64,000 bases of DNA, taken from NCBI GenBank assembly GCA_039096225.1, contig JBBPEB010000015.1, positions 1,178,001 through 1,242,000 of the forward strand, read 5' to 3'. The notes beneath the pieces were generated by a model that saw only the letters and a program-made list of their open reading frames with translations, was not told the DNA's origin and did no database searches. Position numbers and translations under genes: made by a program. This document shows positions 27,826 to 41,705 of the stretch, in pieces (within the stretch, counting starts at the first letter, position 1; each line of letters begins with the position of its first letter). The DNA comes from Blastocystis sp. Blastoise (taxonomy: Eukaryota; Protista; Bigyra: Opalinata).

Positions 27826-28179
27826 CTTATTATGTTATAGAATTACTAAAAAGAGAAATATTATTAAAAAAGAAATTAAAAAAAAGAATTCTAAATATTT
27901 ATAAAAACTTTCTGAATAACTGGATTTAATCAAGAATAATTGTGTTATTGTTGTTTTTTAAATATTCTTTCGATGAATATGACGTTTACGTGGTGATTAC
28001 AGTATAATTAATAGGATAATATAACGCTTAAAAAAATTTAATTGTGAAGGCACATATTCATTTAAAAATGTCAACATATTATTAACTAAACATATAATAA
28101 AAAGCAAATATTGCATATAATAATCTACAGAATAATTACTCTAATAAAGTAGACTGAAAGTTATATTATAAAAAAGGAA

Positions 28180-28909
28180 TTATTTGTATTTCTTTAACAA
28201 ATCATCTACAAAATCAGAAGTAACACGATCATATTGTTCTCTAGAAAAATAAAAAAAATAAAACAATAAATATATTTTTTAAATACTTGGTTCTAGGCTC
28301 AGAAAGACAAGTTTTAGCTATATAAAAAGAATAAATGGAAGAGTAGTCGTTTATTCAAATACCTATCTGATCAAATGCTGCAAAGTGTTTTGAAGATCTA
28401 TGACTATTTAGTGCATCTTCATTACGATAAGCCTATATGAAGAAAATGTATATAAAGAATATTAAAAAAAAAATTCTAGAAAAAATATAAGAATTAAAGG
28501 AATACTTCGATCAATGTGATATTATTTTGATTTTTAGGATTCTATAGAAAAAGTTATACAAAAATAAATCATGAAAAATATGTAAATACAATCGAATATT
28601 TGAAAGCAACACAACCTTCCTCTTTGTTTCTATATATAAACAATAGAGTTTATATAATTGACTAATAATTCGACGAGAAACAAGATAAATAGCGAAAACT
28701 ATCATACGTCATATCAGAATTCGCTTGACATCCATTCTTAAATTGTTCAAAACATTCTATATATAATAAAAAAGCACATTTTAAATCCTAGTTAAGGAAT
28801 ATAAAGCTAAGAGAATACCAGGTTTCACTTTGCAATTCACTTTGACACAAACAATACTTCTTCGAAATGTTTGTATGCCATAAGTATTCAAACACATAAT
28901 TCTTTGCAT
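28180..28909 (-). CDS. ABM (antibiotic biosynthesis monooxygenase) superfamily protein, LsrG/YgiN-like, 125 aa, 7 exons, possible organelle presequence
   Basis: Exons 28909-28819, 28756-28708, 28629-28590, 28541-28506, 28432-28363, 28317-28287 and 28240-28180, all GT-AG with consistent phases: MQRIMCLNTYGIQTFRRSIVCVKVNCKVKPECFEQFKNGCQANSDMTNKEEGCVAFKYSINPKNQNNITLIEAYRNEDALNSHRSSKHFAAFDQIAKTCLSEPRTKEQYDRVTSDFVDDLLKKYK. Confidence 0.85.
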
Positions 28910-29854
28910 TATTTAGAAACGAAAAAAATAGTAAAAGTAATTAGAAAACAACTAAATTAAAAATAAACAAAAAAAAATCTTCGTTTATTCCTTGAAAGTT
29001 TCTCCACTAATTCTGTTTTTCAATGGTTCTATGCTTTTTATTGAATCCAGAATTCGTATTATGATGCTGATTTTTTATTTTTATGAGAATATTGAAATCA
29101 CTACATATACACATAAGTGAAAAAGTTGTCATTGTGTGAGAATTCAAAATTATTGTTTTAATTAAGTCATAGTTTTAGTGTATATATAATCAACATGTGT
29201 GTATTAGATCATATGTAGTGATATTGAGTGTGTATAAGCAAAAAGAAGTAAAGAATATTGTTTTTATTTTTTTTTTTCATTTCAAAAAAAAATTCGATCG
29301 ATATTTTTTGTGTATTGTTAATTCTAAATCCAAAAAAAATGATATGAAAATCATTATTGTGAACCTTATGGATATACACTACATGTATTAAAAATATAGA
29401 ATATCATACGTAATTTGTGTGTTTCAAAACACTTCATAAATGTGTTTTAATAAAAAATAAGTATAGTTTTATTAACGATGTCAAGATTTTTGTTTCAAGC
29501 TCCTAATGAATCAATTATAATAATAATGAAATTCGAACTTCAATGTGATAATTAATATTTTTATAAAAGTTAGTATTTATCTCTGTATATTACTATAATA
29601 TGATCACGTTAAAATTGATTTTATAGTTAAAAATATCAAGTAAAGCTTAAAAAAAGACTGAAAAAACAAAAAATAAACATTGAAAACATGACAGACATAG
29701 AAATCTCCCTATAAAATTCAAAATAATCTTGAGTTGTTAAATGGAATAAAATTGAAGATCAATTTTAAATATTGTTTTCGTTTGAAATCACCTATTGCTT
29801 GTGTATTTCTTTAAATTAATATTTGTTTAGCTATTCTTAGATTATCTTTAAGTG

Positions 29855-32036
29855 ATGTCTCAAGAAGATTCCAGAACAATCCGAACGGTCGTTCTGTCTG
29901 AATTAGATGGTATTAAGCGAAGTCTTTATATGTCAACAAACAATTTATATAACAACCTAGTGAGTATTGCTACAGCAGTTGATTATATTACGAATTATAT
30001 GCGTGATTTATTTGATTATGCTGATTCAGCTGGAAGAGATTTGCCTGAATTTCGGCCAAGATCTTCTATATCATATTTTGATTTTGATAAACCTATTAAT
30101 ATTGCTCCTGGTCTAGCTACTTATTTTGGAAAAGAACATAATTCAAAATTTTCTATTCCTATTGGATATTTGAATTGTTTTCCTGAGTCTACGTTATCTA
30201 AATTATATTATGATGCAGGTTGTAGAGACAATGATGGATGTATAATTCTAAATCGATCAGAAAAAAATATTCCATATGCTTTAAGTATTATAAAAGGAGA
30301 AAATATTAATATTAGTTCTCTTACTGAGGATGAGTTGATTAATTTGAGAAGTGATCTTGAGTCTTATTGTTTACCTATTCCTTATAATTTATCAAAAGTA
30401 TGTTGTGTAATAGATGAAAAACGATTAATTGAAAAACATCGAATTTTATGGTATTCAACAAATATTCCATTACTTGTAAATGGTGTTCTATATACAATTA
30501 ATAGATCTGATTTAACTTCTCGTAACCTTCATTGTTCGTTCTTTGAAAAACATTCTCAAGAAGTTGACTATGATGAAACTAAACGAGCTTTTATTATGCA
30601 TGATAATTTTATATATTTTAAATATATTGCTGATTTTATACATACAGGAGAATTACATATAAATGAGGAAGATATATATAAATATGAAGATATAAAACGT
30701 GAATTTGAAAAGATGGATATATATAATGAATTTATTTGGAAACCTATTAGTGAAATACCTATTCGAAAACAAATGAATGAGTTATGGCATAAGAATTCTA
30801 TTAAGTTATGTGTTAATAATATGATATATACTTATTTTCGTAAAGATTTAGATAAATTACATTTACCTTTCTTTGAAAATGATTTTGAAAATATCTCCTT
30901 ATTTAATCAGAAAAGTGGTCATTTCAAATTACTTGGTACTTTTAATTATTTTGGATATATTAATGATTATTTAAAAACAGGTCAATTTGTTATCAAAGAA
31001 AATGATAAAATTCCAGAACGAATTAAATATATAAAAACTGAATTTGAACGTTTATCAATTAATAACTTGACTTTATGGTCAAATTATCTTCATTATAATA
31101 ATCATATTTTCCCTGATAGTTATATATTAACTGATGAATATGCTGATGTTCTTAGTAAATGGGTTGGAAAAGAAAAGAAATGGTCATTATTATATAGGTA
31201 TTTTTATTATTTATTATTGTTTTTTTTTGTGTGTTTTATTTTTGTTTTATTTTATATATATATATTAACTTTTCTGTTTTTTTTTCGTAATTTTTGTTTT
31301 TAATAGTTACATATATATATATAGAGGTATAAAAGATGGATATCGTGCTGTTAATTTCCATGAACATTGTGATAATAAAGGAGAAACAGTTGTTCTTATT
31401 ACTTGTCGAAATAAAGATAATTCTATTAATATATTTGGAGGATATACTTCTATTAGTTGGAAATCTTTATATGGTATATATATATTTATTTTAGTGTATA
31501 TTTATATTTTTATAATATAATATAATAATAAATTATAAACATAATAATAAATAGTAATAAATAATATAATAATAAATAATATAATAATAAATAATAATAA
31601 ATAATATAATAATAATATAATATAATAATAAATAATAATAAATAATATAATAATAATATAATAATAAATATATAATACTGAATTATAAGCATAATAATAA
31701 ACATAATAATATATAGCGGGTGGTTATTTCCGTGATGAAAAAGCCTTTTTATTTTCATTACAAAATATTTTTAATCAGCCATGTCAGAAATTTGATTGTA
31801 ATAATGCAAATCAAGCTATTTATTGTCATACTAATTATGGTCCTATATTTGGTTGTGCTAATGGTATATATATTAATGATTATTGTAATGAAGTTGAAGA
31901 TAATTTTGCTCATAATGATGGAAGTGTATATTCAACAGATATTAATTATGAATGTTCTTTATTTACAAATACTGCTGGAAAAGAAAGTCCAAATCCATTT
32001 ATTGTGGAAGATATTGAAGTCTATGGATTAAAATAA
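29855..32036 (+). CDS. Tandem KCTD-type BTB/POZ-like repeats plus C-terminal TLDc protein
   Basis: YLNCFPESTLSKLY..ILNRS, FKYIADFIHTGEL and FGYINDYLKTGQ repeats; then WSLLYRGIKDG..FHEHCDNKGETV..IFGGYT..AFLFSL..YGPIFG..VEDIEVY. Confidence 0.85.
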
Positions 32037-32179
32037 ATGAATTTACTTATTTATATATATATATGTATATATCTATTTTTATGTATTATATTTTTTGTAT
32101 ACTATATTGCTATTGTTATCTAGTTATCATTCTATTTTATTGTATATATATGTGCTATATATATATTTATTATATATAA

Positions 32180-33450
32180 TTAATTATGTTTTGCTTTTTT
32201 GCATTCTCTTTCTTCTACATGTGCAGTTTCTCTATACCTTCTTCATATTCTATGTTTCTTTCTTTCTATCCTATAAATGAACACTCTTTTGATGTCTATA
32301 TTCATTATTTTTTATACTCTTAATATCATTTTGTTAAAGACTTCTTTATCATATATTATATATATATCTTTAATATTTTTTATATATCTTTAATACTTTA
32401 TCTTTAATGTTTTATATATGTCATTCTATATATTCAACTAATTTGATCTTTATGAATAACTCTTAATATCTTTATTCATTATCACTATCTTTTTTTTATG
32501 TTTATATATATATATACATTATATATTACTCTACACTTCTATATTTTTTATATTATATAACATGATATTCTCAAATTAATTTATATCTTTTTTATTTTCA
32601 TTCACTGTTCTTTTTACTTTTTTTTCTTTCATAATCTCCTTATTTCTTATACTAATTCTTTTTTTAAATAAATCATATACACATATTTTATAAATATACT
32701 CAAAAGGTTTTCGAATATTAATATTGAATACCTTTTTCCATATCTAAAATATATTATGATTTATTTATATATCCCTTTTTCTATAGATCTTTGCTTTTTC
32801 TTCTCTTTTTCTTGTTCCTTTTTTTTTATTAGCAAGAATCCTAGTGTTTATAATTATAAATACTACTAATTCACTTTTTTAAAATCAAATAATTTCTCTC
32901 AATATTTAATTCTATTTCTTTTTAAACATTTTTCCTTTTTGTAAATCTTCATTTTCTTCTTTATTTCTGAATAGTTATTACTTTGATAGTATTTAAATCG
33001 TTTGTACATTTTTTTTTATTAAAAATATATATAAATATTTATTTATACATTTTTATTAAAAGAAAATGTATATATAAATATTTCTATTTACATTCTTTTT
33101 TAAACCATTAACCTATTGAATTCATTATTTCAAGGGACTACATCAGTTTATAATTATTCACAATTAACAAAAGATATGAAGACCTTTATTTTTTATTACT
33201 CCTTTTTCATTTTAAAATGATTGATGTTCTCTATTTCTTGTTGTTTCTTATATATGCGCTCTCTCTTCTATTTGTAAGTATTCACTTTTTCTATATTTGA
33301 TTGAATGATAGTTATATTGTACTTATTAATACATATGAAGTTTGCTTTCTTTATTTATTCTATTTCTTCTTTCTATTCTTATTTATAGTTATAGGAATAC
33401 TTTCATGTTTTCGTTACCTTTCATAATTACATCTTTTTTTTGATCATTTT
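32180..33450 (-). pseudogene. Possible decayed Lys/Glu-rich gene remnant
   Basis: Exon-like pieces after AG sites (KRERIYKKQQEIENINHFKMKKE; KEQEKEKKKQRSIEKG; IERKKHRI*RRYRETAHVEERECKK) interrupted by stops and frameshifts. Confidence 0.25.
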
Positions 33451-34378
33451 TAAGAATACTAACGACGGTTTAAAAATATAACTACAATTTTTTTCTTATA
33501 TATATATGTATTACATGTATGACTCTATTTATTTTATTAATTTATATATTCATGCTTTTAACATTTATATTTGTATTCAAATAGTATCACTAAGTGATGT
33601 TTGACAACTACAATTCTATAAATATAATGAACATATAAATAATACTAATTAATGATCTTTTGTAATTATGAAACTTATTATTTTCAATTAACAAATTAAA
33701 ACTCATCATAAGTGTATCAAAGTATCTTATGAACAATTATACACAAAACTGTGTCTTTATTCTCTTTTCTCATCAATATTATCTACTCATTTGACATATT
33801 GTTAATAAATGAAATTCATCTTGTTTTGTAAATAAACTAGGAAATAAATTATAAATGGAAAAGATAAAGGATATTCTATTGCTCAACGTGTAGCAACGTT
33901 CATTCGCTTATTAATATGAATTCTAGTTAACTAATACTTTGGTTATATAGAATATCTTCATGACAATTATTAAGAATACAATTTGAAACTAAAACGCCGA
34001 TCTCAATTTCAATTACATGATATACCAGAAAAAAATACGGATTAACTCTGGTAGAAAGAGTAAACCAACATATATATACAAATAACAGGCAAGAAGAGGT
34101 CATATATCATAGAATTTTATTAGAATTAGATTGTTTTTGTACATTTATCATAAAAATAAATAATAATCAAGGTTTTTTCTCTTGAGAGTTATTTCTCTGA
34201 AGTTATTTATTTTTTGCGAATTATCCAATAATCTTACGTATATCTTATGTTGTGACTTTTGGAATGTCGAGTTAGAGCACAATGAAATGTTATTTACAAT
34301 AAAAAAGAACTGCAAAATTATTTTATTTTTTTTTTATTATAAAAAGTTAATTTTGCTTAATTGATCAATTGACTTTTT

Positions 34379-37300
34379 ATGAGTATGGAGGTAGAAGGTC
34401 AATTAACATATAGTATATATTTTTATTTCGTTTTAAACTATTTTTCAACAAACAATTCTATAGTACCTTGTGTTTTTCAAGATGAAGTGCATATTGGTAT
34501 ACCTAGAAAGCTAGTCAATATGTTTCCATCAAGTCTTCTAGCAAGACTTTGTTCAGTTGATTGTGAAACATCTCAAAAGGATATTGAGCAATATATTGAT
34601 TATCCTTCTTTATCTATGAAGTCGTTGATACGTATATTATTGACAAAAGAAGATATAATATCAACTTTATCTGTGAATGAAGTTATAAATTTATATGAAA
34701 CAAACAGTTTATTCTTTGAAGATACGAATAATCATCTGGGAAATGATATTGAAGTCTATTTGGATACAGTTTTTCTAAAATTTCTCAAACAGAATGGAAT
34801 GAGCCTAAAAAATTATTTAACGCCAATTTATCATGAAATAGCCTCTCAAGAAAATACACTTATTGTAGATGGTATGTAATTATTATTCAGATAATGATTT
34901 ATAATATGATTATAGGATTATTTACGGAATCTTTTCAGAAAACAGTTATGGAATATGCAAGGCTATTTAGTTTTTATAATATATGTTATGTAGAATTACA
35001 TTGTATATATATATGTTTTTTGTATTTTTACTTAGTATTATACTCTATATATTTGTGTTTATTTCTTAATTTTATTTATATTGTTTATTGATATAAATGT
35101 GTTTTCTTTAATAGATGATATTATTATTACATATATAGATTGGTATGGAGATTTATTTCCTGATAAATATATATACCCTAATACTTTACATGACATGTTT
35201 CCTCGTTTAAAGGAATATACGGTAGCAAGTATATAAATATATATTATATTGTCCAATTTATTCATAATATAAATTACTGTTTTTAATAATTATAATATAT
35301 ATTTGATATTTTACACTTTATTCATAAACTAAATATTTTTTAAATCATAATATATATATGACAATAATTAATTATTTATATATATCTTTATAGTATATTC
35401 TTATTATTCACATGAACGGAAAATTATCGAAACTACAAGTCCTTTCTTTGATACTATTTCAAATCAATTTAATAAAGAGTATTATTGGATTCATGATCAT
35501 GATATATATGAACAGTTCTTATATGATACTGATGATGTAGACGATGTTTTAGTATATCTATTCCAGATCCGTGCAATTAAAGAAGAAGACAATCAAGAGT
35601 ATATATCAAATGACATTTATTTTACTTTACCAATAAATGGAATTGTTCCTAATCTAATTAACGATAACTACAAATTAACTGTACCTAATATTATATATTA
35701 TAAAAGTACATATGATAATCAATATCATTTAAAAACCAATATTATATTACCAAGTTCATCAAAATATCATGAATTTGCACGTTTTTCATTTCTCTATGAA
35801 AACAAGCAAAAAAGTATATATAAATATAATAATAGTTTTGTATAATAATAAATATATACTATCTGAAAAGAAAATAATGTTATATATCTATAGAAATTGA
35901 TTATAATCATCCATTTATTAAGTATATTATTATCATTTAAATGTTAAAGTTATATATATATATATAGATTTTCATATATAATAAATGATACTATGCTTAT
36001 TCCTTTCTTTCATTTACCAATATGTAAAGAAGCACGGGGAGTTAGTTATGATCATAATAAACCATGTATATTAATATAGTTATATATATTATTTAAGTCT
36101 TTGATAAAAATAATTAGTTGGCATTTTAATTTTTTTATAGCTCAGTGGAAATTAGAATTTGGTATTCCTTCGTTAGTACAAGCTTTTGAAGAAGGAATAT
36201 TTGACAATATTCAAGAATTAGATTTCTATTCTTGTATTTCTTTAATTATCATACTTTTTTTATTATTAGTTATATTTATATGTATTATATATATAAATAG
36301 TATTTTATGGAAGTTTGTATTCAGAAAATGTTAGTACTGTTCGTAGAATTGTCACAACCCATATATTTCCAAATGTTACTACAATTACTGTTCGAAGTAT
36401 TCCTATTATAGATATATTGTATTATATAATTATATATATCATCTTTCATATAGATCCTAAGTTTCCTTTCACAAGTTATCAAATCGAAGAAATCTCCAAA
36501 ATACTTTTTTTAATAAGAAGACGTTGTTTTCCACAATTATATATATTTGATGGTAGAGAAGCTAAAGTGCCTTTGGTATCATTGGATTATAAAACATTAA
36601 ATATCTTTGATCGTCATATTCTCTCCTTCTATGATATTGTTTATTTATATCCATTAAAAACTAATAATAAACACAATTATAAAAGATGGTTAACAAACAT
36701 AATTAAAATAGCTTCAAGTAAAAGAACTACTATTCATTGTATATATATATATATAATTTTATAAATTAAAATATTCTCTATAGTAATAGACAAGGATTAT
36801 AAATATCAGGAAGAATATATAGCTCTTAATAATGATAATAAACTTGAAGAATGCTATTTTGCTGTAACAGGTATATATATATTTTATTGTATATTTTCTA
36901 ATGTTTTATATAAGAAATAATAGTTTATTATATATGTATATAGAAGAGAATAGTCCCTTTGGAGTATTATCAAAATATAATCCTCGATTATGTTATTTCC
37001 CACCTTCATTATTTCATTGTTCGTATCACATGGGTATATCCTATAAATAATAACTGCTATTAATCTTACTATTAAGAATATTATATATACTTAATATTCT
37101 ATATATTAATATTATAATATATATAATATTCTATGCATTAATATTATAATATATATGATATTCTATATATAATATTAAAATATACATTAGTATTACATAT
37201 GTTAATAATCTAAAGATTCATATTCTGTTTATAATATTCACTACATATCTATAGTCTATGTATAGTCCTCCAGAGAGATAATAGTTACTTTCAGAACTAT

Positions 37301-38882
37301 TTTGTTCTTTATGATTTCTTTAAAAAAGATTTTCAATATATCAATCATTTATACATTAATTGTATATATCTTTATTAAAATAAAATTATTTAAATATTAT
37401 TATTATCTATTATATAGTTTGTATTGATAAAATTAATTTATTGAAAATGACAACGAAAGTATTTCATATAAAAAAATGCAATACTATATCCACTCTAGCA
37501 ATTAGTATACATATTTAGTTATTATACTATTCAATTAATAATAATTTATATATATTTAGAAAATGAGTTTCCTTTTTCTCGTGATACTATTTCACTGAAT
37601 GAAAATGGCCATGATAATATAGATAAATTAATAACAAAATTCTTTGATTCATTTCTTCAGTCATTTACTAATTCTGTTGAATCTCTAACATTATTCTGTA
37701 TATATATATGCTCTTTATTTATTATTTTGCTTTTTATATATCTATATTTTAATACAAAATAATCTTAAAAAAATATTCATATATATATTTAGTAGGAAAT
37801 ATATCTGATACTGTTTTTATGCTCTATTGTGTTCAATATGAAATATTTTCAAATTTGAAAACTATTTATATAGGTAAGATAAGCTATATATATTTACATT
37901 TTTTTAAGGCTAAAAAACATAAAGTTATAAATAATATATATATTTTAGATAATTATGATCCAGTTGATACTATATTTTGCATTGAACTTTTTGAAGATAT
38001 GTTTATATATCACAATATGAATAATTTACAATCCATTACTCTTACGGAAAATGAGAAGAGTATATATAAATTTTTTTTTTTTTTTTAATAGTATCTATAA
38101 TATATACATATATTTAGAATATGATTTTCAAAGTTCTTTGAGAAAATTTATTAAGAATCATTTTTATTCAAATAAGATATATCCTAATTTACATCAATTT
38201 CTTATTAAACGTCCAAGTATATAATAGTTCTATATTATATTCTAAAAAATATTTTTATTCTTTTTTAATATTAATATAAATAGATCCATTAGAATCCGTA
38301 GATATTATGAAATCGTTTTATTTACATAATTCATGTCCAATGGCTCAAACTAATGTTCTTTCACTTGATTCTCTATCAAGAAATTTTATTATGAATCACT
38401 TTGGTATGTATATATATATAATATTTATTCTTCTCATATTCTATATAATGTGTATTTTTTCTTATACACATAACTAACTAAATATATAGATAGTATAGAT
38501 CTATCTTCAATAACAATTCTAAAACTAAGTATATTTATATCGCTAAGAATTATTATATTTTATTTTTTATATCATTATAATATGTTATAATTTATATATT
38601 CTAGTTTTATGTGATATTGCCACTGTGAATAAAATATTCAATAATATTCTCACAAACGAAATACCTAATATTCATTATATATATATTGAATGCTCTGGTA
38701 TGCTTTATTATATTATATATTCGACTATTCTGCTTTCTATTTTCTATTTTTCTATAATGTATTTATTTTTTTTTATTTATTTAGAGGATGAGGATATATC
38801 TTTATATAAGGAACAATTAGATGCTTATCGTGATATACGTTCAAAGACATTTTTATATGATATTGTAACAAAAAGAAACTAA
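34379..38882 (+). CDS. Multi-exon lineage-specific protein with degenerate N-terminal BTB/POZ-like domain and LRR-like repeats
   Basis: FQDEVHIGIPRKLVNMFPSSLLARL..YIDYP; repeated FPRLKEY, FDNIQELDF, FPNVTTI, FPQLYIF, FSNLKTIYI, YPNLHQF and IPNIHYIYI motifs; many short GT-AG introns. Confidence 0.65.
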
Positions 38883-39582
38883 TTCTTTTTTATATCTTTA
38901 TATATATAAATAATAATTTCTTAATTCCATATATCAAAACTATGTTATTATATAATAATTCTAATTGTTCTATTCGAATATGAAATCAATATTACTCTAT
39001 TACTTATTCTTGTTATTTAAGACCTATGTTCACTGGTATGTATAAACATTTTTATTCAACAAATAACAAATTCTTTTTTTTTATATAAAATAAAATTATG
39101 ATAAAGTAGAATAGGTAACAAACTAACATTTAATGAAAAAATAGATAAAGGGATTACAATAAATGCCATGTTACTGATAAATAATAGCATTTTTAAAAAT
39201 AATTCCTCATGATTTGCTGAATATAATAAAAACGATAAATGAATCAGCATCTAAAATGCATACACATATTAAATAATAGCATTTTAACATTTAAACACAA
39301 TGAACAATTTAAATGTGAACCAAAATGGCCATTAAATGATTCTGTTATTGATTAATTATATTAAACGTAATATACAATACAGAATGCTTGAAGAATAATA
39401 ATTAGATCTGTTGAAATTGATGCGTATTTAAAAAAATAGTTGATCAAATTCAGTTAAAAATTCAGTTCGCATCCCTTTTTTTAATATTGTTTTCTTTTTA
39501 AATTTCTTTTATGAAGATATCATTAAATACGATATTGATTTGATAAATCATCTTGGAATATATAAAATAATATATCAACAAA

Positions 39583-40829
39583 ATGTTTGTACCTGATAAC
39601 AACATTGTAAATGAGAAACCAAATGAAATTCAGAATGTTGAAGATACACAACCTGTTTTATTATCTATTTTATCCCAGAATGCAATAGGTCAAAGTGAAG
39701 AGAATCAAATAGAGACATCGAATAATAATATAAATAATGCAGCTGTATCTAAAATAGAAGCTGATTCTTCAAATCAATGTACTGTCGATATTCAAAATAA
39801 TGTAAATATAGAGAATGGTACAAAGACATTAAGTCAGCCTCTCATAGAGAATCAAAAAGTGAACCAAAAATCGAAGAGTCTTGTTGATAGTGATAATGAA
39901 TTTATTCAATTTTTTGTATCTGCTTTGGGTAAATCTAAAAATGATGAACCAGTAACACAAGAAGAATTTGATCTATATAAACGTATTTATGGTGGATATA
40001 TTTGGATGTGTCTCAATCAATTTATCGCTTTTATGATGATTGTATATATATATATATTAATATATGAAGGTCATAAGAATTATAATTATTCTTTGTATTT
40101 TTTTAATAGATTTATTACTATTTTATTTTATATAGTGTATAGCGTTTTTTTGTTATTCTTCTTTATTTAAAGAATCTTATTTATATGGTTGTATTGCATT
40201 GAGTATTCCATTAGTATTTACATTTATTAATGGATGCTTATATTATTATTGGTCCTGCTGTGCTGTATGATATTTATTATTATTTATTTTATATATATTA
40301 TTTTTATTATTATTTTTGTTTTTATTATTATTATTGTTTCTATTATTTTTTTCATGTTACTAATATTATTACATTTATATTACTTAATATAACTATATCA
40401 TTATTATAAATATTACTCTATATAACTATATCATTATTATAAATATTACTCTATATAACTATATCATTATTATAAATATTACTCTATATAACTATATCAT
40501 TATTATAAATATTACTCTATAATTAAAATAAATATTACTTTATATAACTATATAATTAAAATACATATTATTTATATAACTATAATATTCATATAAATAT
40601 TACTTTATAGACAGCTATAGTTACCTTGTTTGGACTTTTATATTTTATTTATTGTTTATTTACTGTTGATACTACGTTATATTATTATGTTTTCTTTATA
40701 TTCTATGTAATTGTATTTGGAATTAATGTATATTCTGTGTTTTATTTAAAGAAAGTTTCACATAAAGAAATTAGAATAGCAAATAAAGTTTCAAATAGAA
40801 TTATAGGTAAAAATAAACTTCGAATGTAA
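39583..40829 (+). CDS. Hypothetical four-TM membrane protein with long disordered N-terminus (3 exons)
   Basis: ORF from 39583 splices at MMI|CIAFF and CCA|TAIVT into four hydrophobic segments; TAA at 40829. Confidence 0.65.
40388..40519 (+). repeat. Intronic minisatellite, 33-bp unit x4 perfect copies (TATAACTATATCATTATTATAAATATTACTCTA)
   Basis: Units start at 40388, 40421, 40454 and 40487; degenerate copies follow. Confidence 0.95.
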
Positions 40830-41186
40830 AAATCAATGGTAGACTCTATACAGTTATTATAATTATCGTTATCTCTATTATTTAAGTTTCACAATATATA
40901 TATATCTTTCATTTTTTATTTGTTTTAAATTTTTGTATATTTATATCTGTTTCTATAGTAATAAAAAAAATAATTTTTCTTTTGTTATAAATATATTATG
41001 ACCTCTTTAAAGTTCTTTTATTATAAAAAAAAAAATAAAATTACAAAACACTTAAATAAAACGAACAATTGTTTCATTAAATATACATACATAATCTATT
41101 ATAAACTCAAAAAAAAATTATATATATAGATTATATAACATATAAATGAAGAAAAATAAAGGTAGAGAAATGAAAAACAATTTCTT

Positions 41187-41705
41187 TTAAAGGAAGAATC
41201 CAAGAATACCAATAATAATACCTTGAATAAGAACACCAATTTGCATTACAGGTAAACAAAGACCAATAACAGAAACTTGAACAGATATCCAAGCAATCAT
41301 AAGTATACAAATATGAATACATAATATTTTACCTATACGTCTGTTTATAAGTAATACAATAGCAGTAAGGAAAGAACCAACACAAAATTCACCAAATAAG
41401 AAACATCCAGGAAGAAACCAATTTAATAAACCAATAGGTTTAATAAGTTCTAAGAAATCAGGTGTTAATTGAAGACTAGAACCTGAAGGATCCGTTATAA
41501 ACGATAATCCACCATGACAAGCAGCAAGTCCAAGGATAACTAAAAGGATTTCAAGACAAACAAATTTTGTATAAAAAGCCCATGTCTTCTTTGGAGCTTT
41601 ATCTTTCTTTATTAAAGTTTCCTTTTTCTCTTCTTTAACTTCAGATATGACTTTCTGATCAACTTTCTTTTCTTCAGGCATTTCAATAGCTAAACTACTT
41701 GACAT
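41187..41705 (-). CDS. Intronless four-TM protein resembling a prokaryotic uncharacterised membrane family
   Basis: 172-aa ORF with GG..I.DPSG..L.L...L..., FLPGCFLF, IAWISVQV..IG and MQ motifs. Confidence 0.8.
   Translation of the reverse strand: MSSSLAIEMPEEKKVDQKVISEVKEEKKETLIKKDKAPKKTWAFYTKFVCLEILLVILGLAACHGGLSFITDPSGSSLQLTPDFLELIKPIGLLNWFLPGCFLFGEFCVGSFLTAIVLLINRRIGKILCIHICILMIAWISVQVSVIGLCLPVMQIGVLIQGIIIGILGFFL

Noticed and set aside
28790-28800. TTCCTTAAC U12 branch-like motif in ABM intron 1
   Set aside because: The donor is GTATTC rather than GTATCC, and the functional acceptor is ~35 nt away; ordinary GT-AG splicing suffices.
34023-34053. Short hairpin resembling the MITE terminus (ATACGG.TTAA..TCTGGT)
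   Set aside because: Only patchy similarity, with no partner TIR or TSD.
40388-40519. 33-bp repeats as a CRISPR array
   Set aside because: Head-to-tail copies with no spacers, inside a eukaryotic intron, and no cas genes.
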